A DNA stretch of 64,000 nt, from contig NZ_BIFH01000051.1 of the NCBI RefSeq assembly GCF_003967355.1, forward strand, positions 42,337 to 106,336, in the 5' to 3' direction. Source of the stretch: Embleya hyalina. GTDB taxonomy: Bacteria; Actinomycetota; Actinomycetes; Streptomycetales; Streptomycetaceae. Of this stretch, positions 63,820-64,000 are shown one piece after another. Position 1 is the stretch's first letter. Every line of letters begins with the position of its first letter. The position numbers and the translations under genes were made by a program. Under the pieces are notes generated by a model. It worked only from the letters and a program-made list of their open reading frames with translations. It had not been told where the DNA came from and did not search any database.

Positions 63820-64000
63820 CAACCACGGAGCAAGAGACCGCGCCGAATCCCCCAAGCCATATTCCGAAACACCCCGGGCACTCCCCGACGAACACTGGAT
63901 CTCACCCACGGACCACCGATACGGGATGAACCCGATATAAGGGGCAGACCACCGCCGGCGTACGGGGCTCCAAGACCGAAGCTCCCGACGAGACGGGCGC

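Noticed and set aside
63817-63929. 37-aa Thr/Pro-rich ORF overlapping the M6 protease stop (ATGA)
   Set aside because: GC3 bias is lost and the region drops in GC. It is most likely non-coding 3' UTR.

Overview
This is a 64 kb chromosomal segment with about 72% GC. Strong GC3 codon bias and the gene content (mec-cysO-cysM, SepF paralogue, F420-type PPOX, LLM oxidoreductase, PDGLE-type CbiN, flotillin/NfeD) indicate an actinomycete, probably Streptomyces-like. I support about 60 protein genes and two tRNAs, tRNA-Lys(CTT) on the plus strand and tRNA-Leu(TAG) on the minus strand. There is no CRISPR array, transposase, integrase or prophage.

The most unusual content is a tightly overlapping seven-gene minus-strand operon at 788-9616. 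It encodes a divergent 855-aa Hsp70, a dedicated GrpE paralogue, a J-like protein whose HPD motif is degenerate, a Clp/Hsp100-like AAA+ protein with an N-domain but only the D2 ATPase ring, three TPR-like helical proteins and a small zinc-ribbon protein. This does not look like the housekeeping dnaK operon and may be an undescribed stand-alone chaperone or remodelling system.

Other notable items:
- A PucR-regulator, NfeD-like, flotillin and 1605-aa MoxR-type AAA+ protein module.
- A palindromic repeat-element family present at two convergent intergenic loci.
- An orphan GroES paralogue and an orphan SepF paralogue.
- mec-cysO-cysM with an unusual 430-nt spacer.
- cbiM-PDGLE-cbiQ-cbiO.
- Several TetR operators.

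Some very long six-frame ORFs running antisense to real genes are high-GC artefacts.
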